The notes beneath the pieces are model-generated. The model ran no database searches. It was given only the letters and a program-made list of their open reading frames with translations, and was not told the origin of the DNA. 64,000 nt of DNA from a bacterium. Lineage in GTDB: Bacteria > Planctomycetota > B15-G4. Position numbers and translations under genes: made by a program. Shown here one piece after another: positions 62,645 through 64,000 of this stretch (positions are counted from its first letter, which is position 1; each line of letters starts with the position of its first letter). Location: the NCBI GenBank assembly GCA_030428785.1, contig JAUIEF010000005.1:10919-74918 (forward strand), read 5' to 3'.

Positions 62645-63175
62645 TCAGAACAGCGTGTAGATGAAGGGCGAGAGCACCGGGCTCGCGGCGGCCGCCACGA
62701 GCAGGAGGCCCACGGTCATCAGGATGAAGATGACCGGGAGCATGTACCAGTGGCCGCGGTCCCAGGCGGAGAGCACCACGCCGCCCACGGTCGTGATCTT
62801 GCGGCGCGCGTAGAACAGCACGAGCGCGAGGATCGCGACGATGAACCACGTGAACGCCGCGCCCATGAACGGGATGCGCGCCGTGGGGACCTCGGGCGTC
62901 GAGAGCAGCCCGCCGAAGGTGATGACCTCCTCCGGCGGCACGACGGCCTGCATCCAGTCGAAGAGCACGATGACGCCGTACACGAAGCCGAGCAGGCACC
63001 CGACCTTCACGTACGACATCGGCAGGCTCTCGTCGCGCTTGTAGGCGCTGAAGTAGAGCGTGCCGAAGAGCGCCCAGAGCACGAGGAACACGATCTCCAT
63101 CGTGCCCAGCGGGCCGTCTCCGGAGGTCGCGGTGCCCTGGAGGGCGGCCAGGAACTGCATGCCGGCGGTACTCAT
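62645..63175 (-). CDS. Membrane protein ending in a DUF5989/SxtK-like module
   Basis: Several TM helices, then WYMLPVIFILMTVGLLLVAAAASPVLSPFIYTLF; TGATG overlap with the carbamoyltransferase stop. Confidence 0.75.
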   Translation of the reverse strand: MSTAGMQFLAALQGTATSGDGPLGTMEIVFLVLWALFGTLYFSAYKRDESLPMSYVKVGCLLGFVYGVIVLFDWMQAVVPPEEVITFGGLLSTPEVPTARIPFMGAAFTWFIVAILALVLFYARRKITTVGGVVLSAWDRGHWYMLPVIFILMTVGLLLVAAAASPVLSPFIYTLF

Positions 63176-64000
63176 CAGCTCACCATCTCCGCGACGCGAT
63201 CGCCCTCGTGCCGGAGCATGAACGGCGTGCTGTCGATGATCTTCTTGGCTTCCTTGTAGACCACGTAGTTGCCGAGGTAGAGCGCGTCCATCTCGCTGCG
63301 GCTGAACGTGTTGAAGGCCTGCGCGGGCGTCTCGACGATCGGCTCGCCCTTCAGGTTGAAGGACGTGTTGAGGATGACGGGCACGCCCGTCTTCTCGCCG
63401 AAGCGCTCGATGAGCCGGTGGTAGCCGGGGTTCCACTTCTTGATGACCGTCTGCAGGCGGCCCGACCCGTCGACGTGCGTGATCGCCGGGATCTCGGAGC
63501 GCTTCTCCTCGCGGACCGGCACGACGTAGAGCATGAAGCGCGCGGGCCACAGCTCGTCGCCGTCCTTCAGGTCGAAGTACTCGCGCGCCCGCTCCTCGAT
63601 GACGCTCGGCGCAAACGGCCGGAACGCCTCGCGGAACTTGATCTTCGCGTTGACGATCTCCTTCATCCTGTCGCTGCGCGCGTCGGCGATGATGGAGCGC
63701 GAGCCGAGGGCGCGCGGCCCCCACTCGAAGCGGCCGCGGAACCAGCCGCCCACCTTGCCCTCGATGAGGTCGTCGGAGACGCGGTCGAAGAACTCCTCGT
63801 CGTCCTCGATCTTCTCGAACGGGATCTCGTTCTCCCGGAGGAAGGCCTCGATCTGCTCGTCCGTGTACTCGCTGCCGAGGTACGCGTGCTCGAGCGGCCC
63901 GGTGCGCGGCTGGTCGAGCAGGTGGTGGCAGGCCCAGAGCGCCGCGCCCGCCGCGCCGCCGTCGTCGCCGGCCGCGGGGTGCACGTAGATCTGCTCGGCC
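63175..64000 (-). CDS. Carbamoyltransferase (NodU/CmcH family), 3' part (runs off the window edge)
   Basis: PAAGDDGGAAGAA, YLGSEY, GRFEWGPRALGSRSI, KIKFREAFRPFAPS, HVDGSGRLQTV, LNTSFN. Confidence 0.93.
   Translation of the reverse strand, partial: AEQIYVHPAAGDDGGAAGAALWACHHLLDQPRTGPLEHAYLGSEYTDEQIEAFLRENEIPFEKIEDDEEFFDRVSDDLIEGKVGGWFRGRFEWGPRALGSRSIIADARSDRMKEIVNAKIKFREAFRPFAPSVIEERAREYFDLKDGDELWPARFMLYVVPVREEKRSEIPAITHVDGSGRLQTVIKKWNPGYHRLIERFGEKTGVPVILNTSFNLKGEPIVETPAQAFNTFSRSEMDALYLGNYVVYKEAKKIIDSTPFMLRHEGDRVAEMVS

Noticed and set aside
62645-64000. Saxitoxin biosynthesis cluster
   Set aside because: The carbamoyltransferase/DUF5989 pairing is widespread outside toxin clusters, and no other sxt-like genes are in the window.

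Overview
Very high-GC bacterial chromosomal window (clearly GC-rich by eye; not computed) with about 52 protein-coding genes. I saw no rRNA, tRNA, CRISPR array or mobile element. The gene content suggests a Planctomycetota genome (inference): HTLQxTALVHE-type ECF sigma factors paired with Hanks kinases, a WD40 kinase, and secreted proteins sharing a C-terminal module. Most very long ORFs in the six-frame track are high-GC shadow frames. Housekeeping genes: rfbC, groES/groEL, thiE, ligA, queA, pdxS/pdxT, nth, hutU/hutH, xseA/xseB, trxB, a divergent transketolase and a heme A/copper assembly cluster. Most notable hidden or unusual elements: (1) a 60-aa bacterial histone-fold gene (53933-54115); (2) an Rdx/SelW-type selenoprotein (CxxU, in-frame TGA plus bSECIS-like hairpin, 24368-24631), absent from the ORF track, directly upstream of a B12-dependent radical SAM gene; (3) a homologous ~120-aa C-terminal module on two, possibly three, unrelated secreted proteins, a candidate sorting/anchoring domain; (4) a PspA-like / ECF sigma / membrane kinase module; (5) a sigma54 promoter in front of a response regulator-groES-groEL run; (6) a Cys-rich, Pro-tailed upstream ORF before a His-rich exported protein; (7) a CtaB-SCO fusion; (8) queA without a canonical start codon; (9) several apparently leaderless genes. 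No database search was run; family names come from motif recognition and memory.
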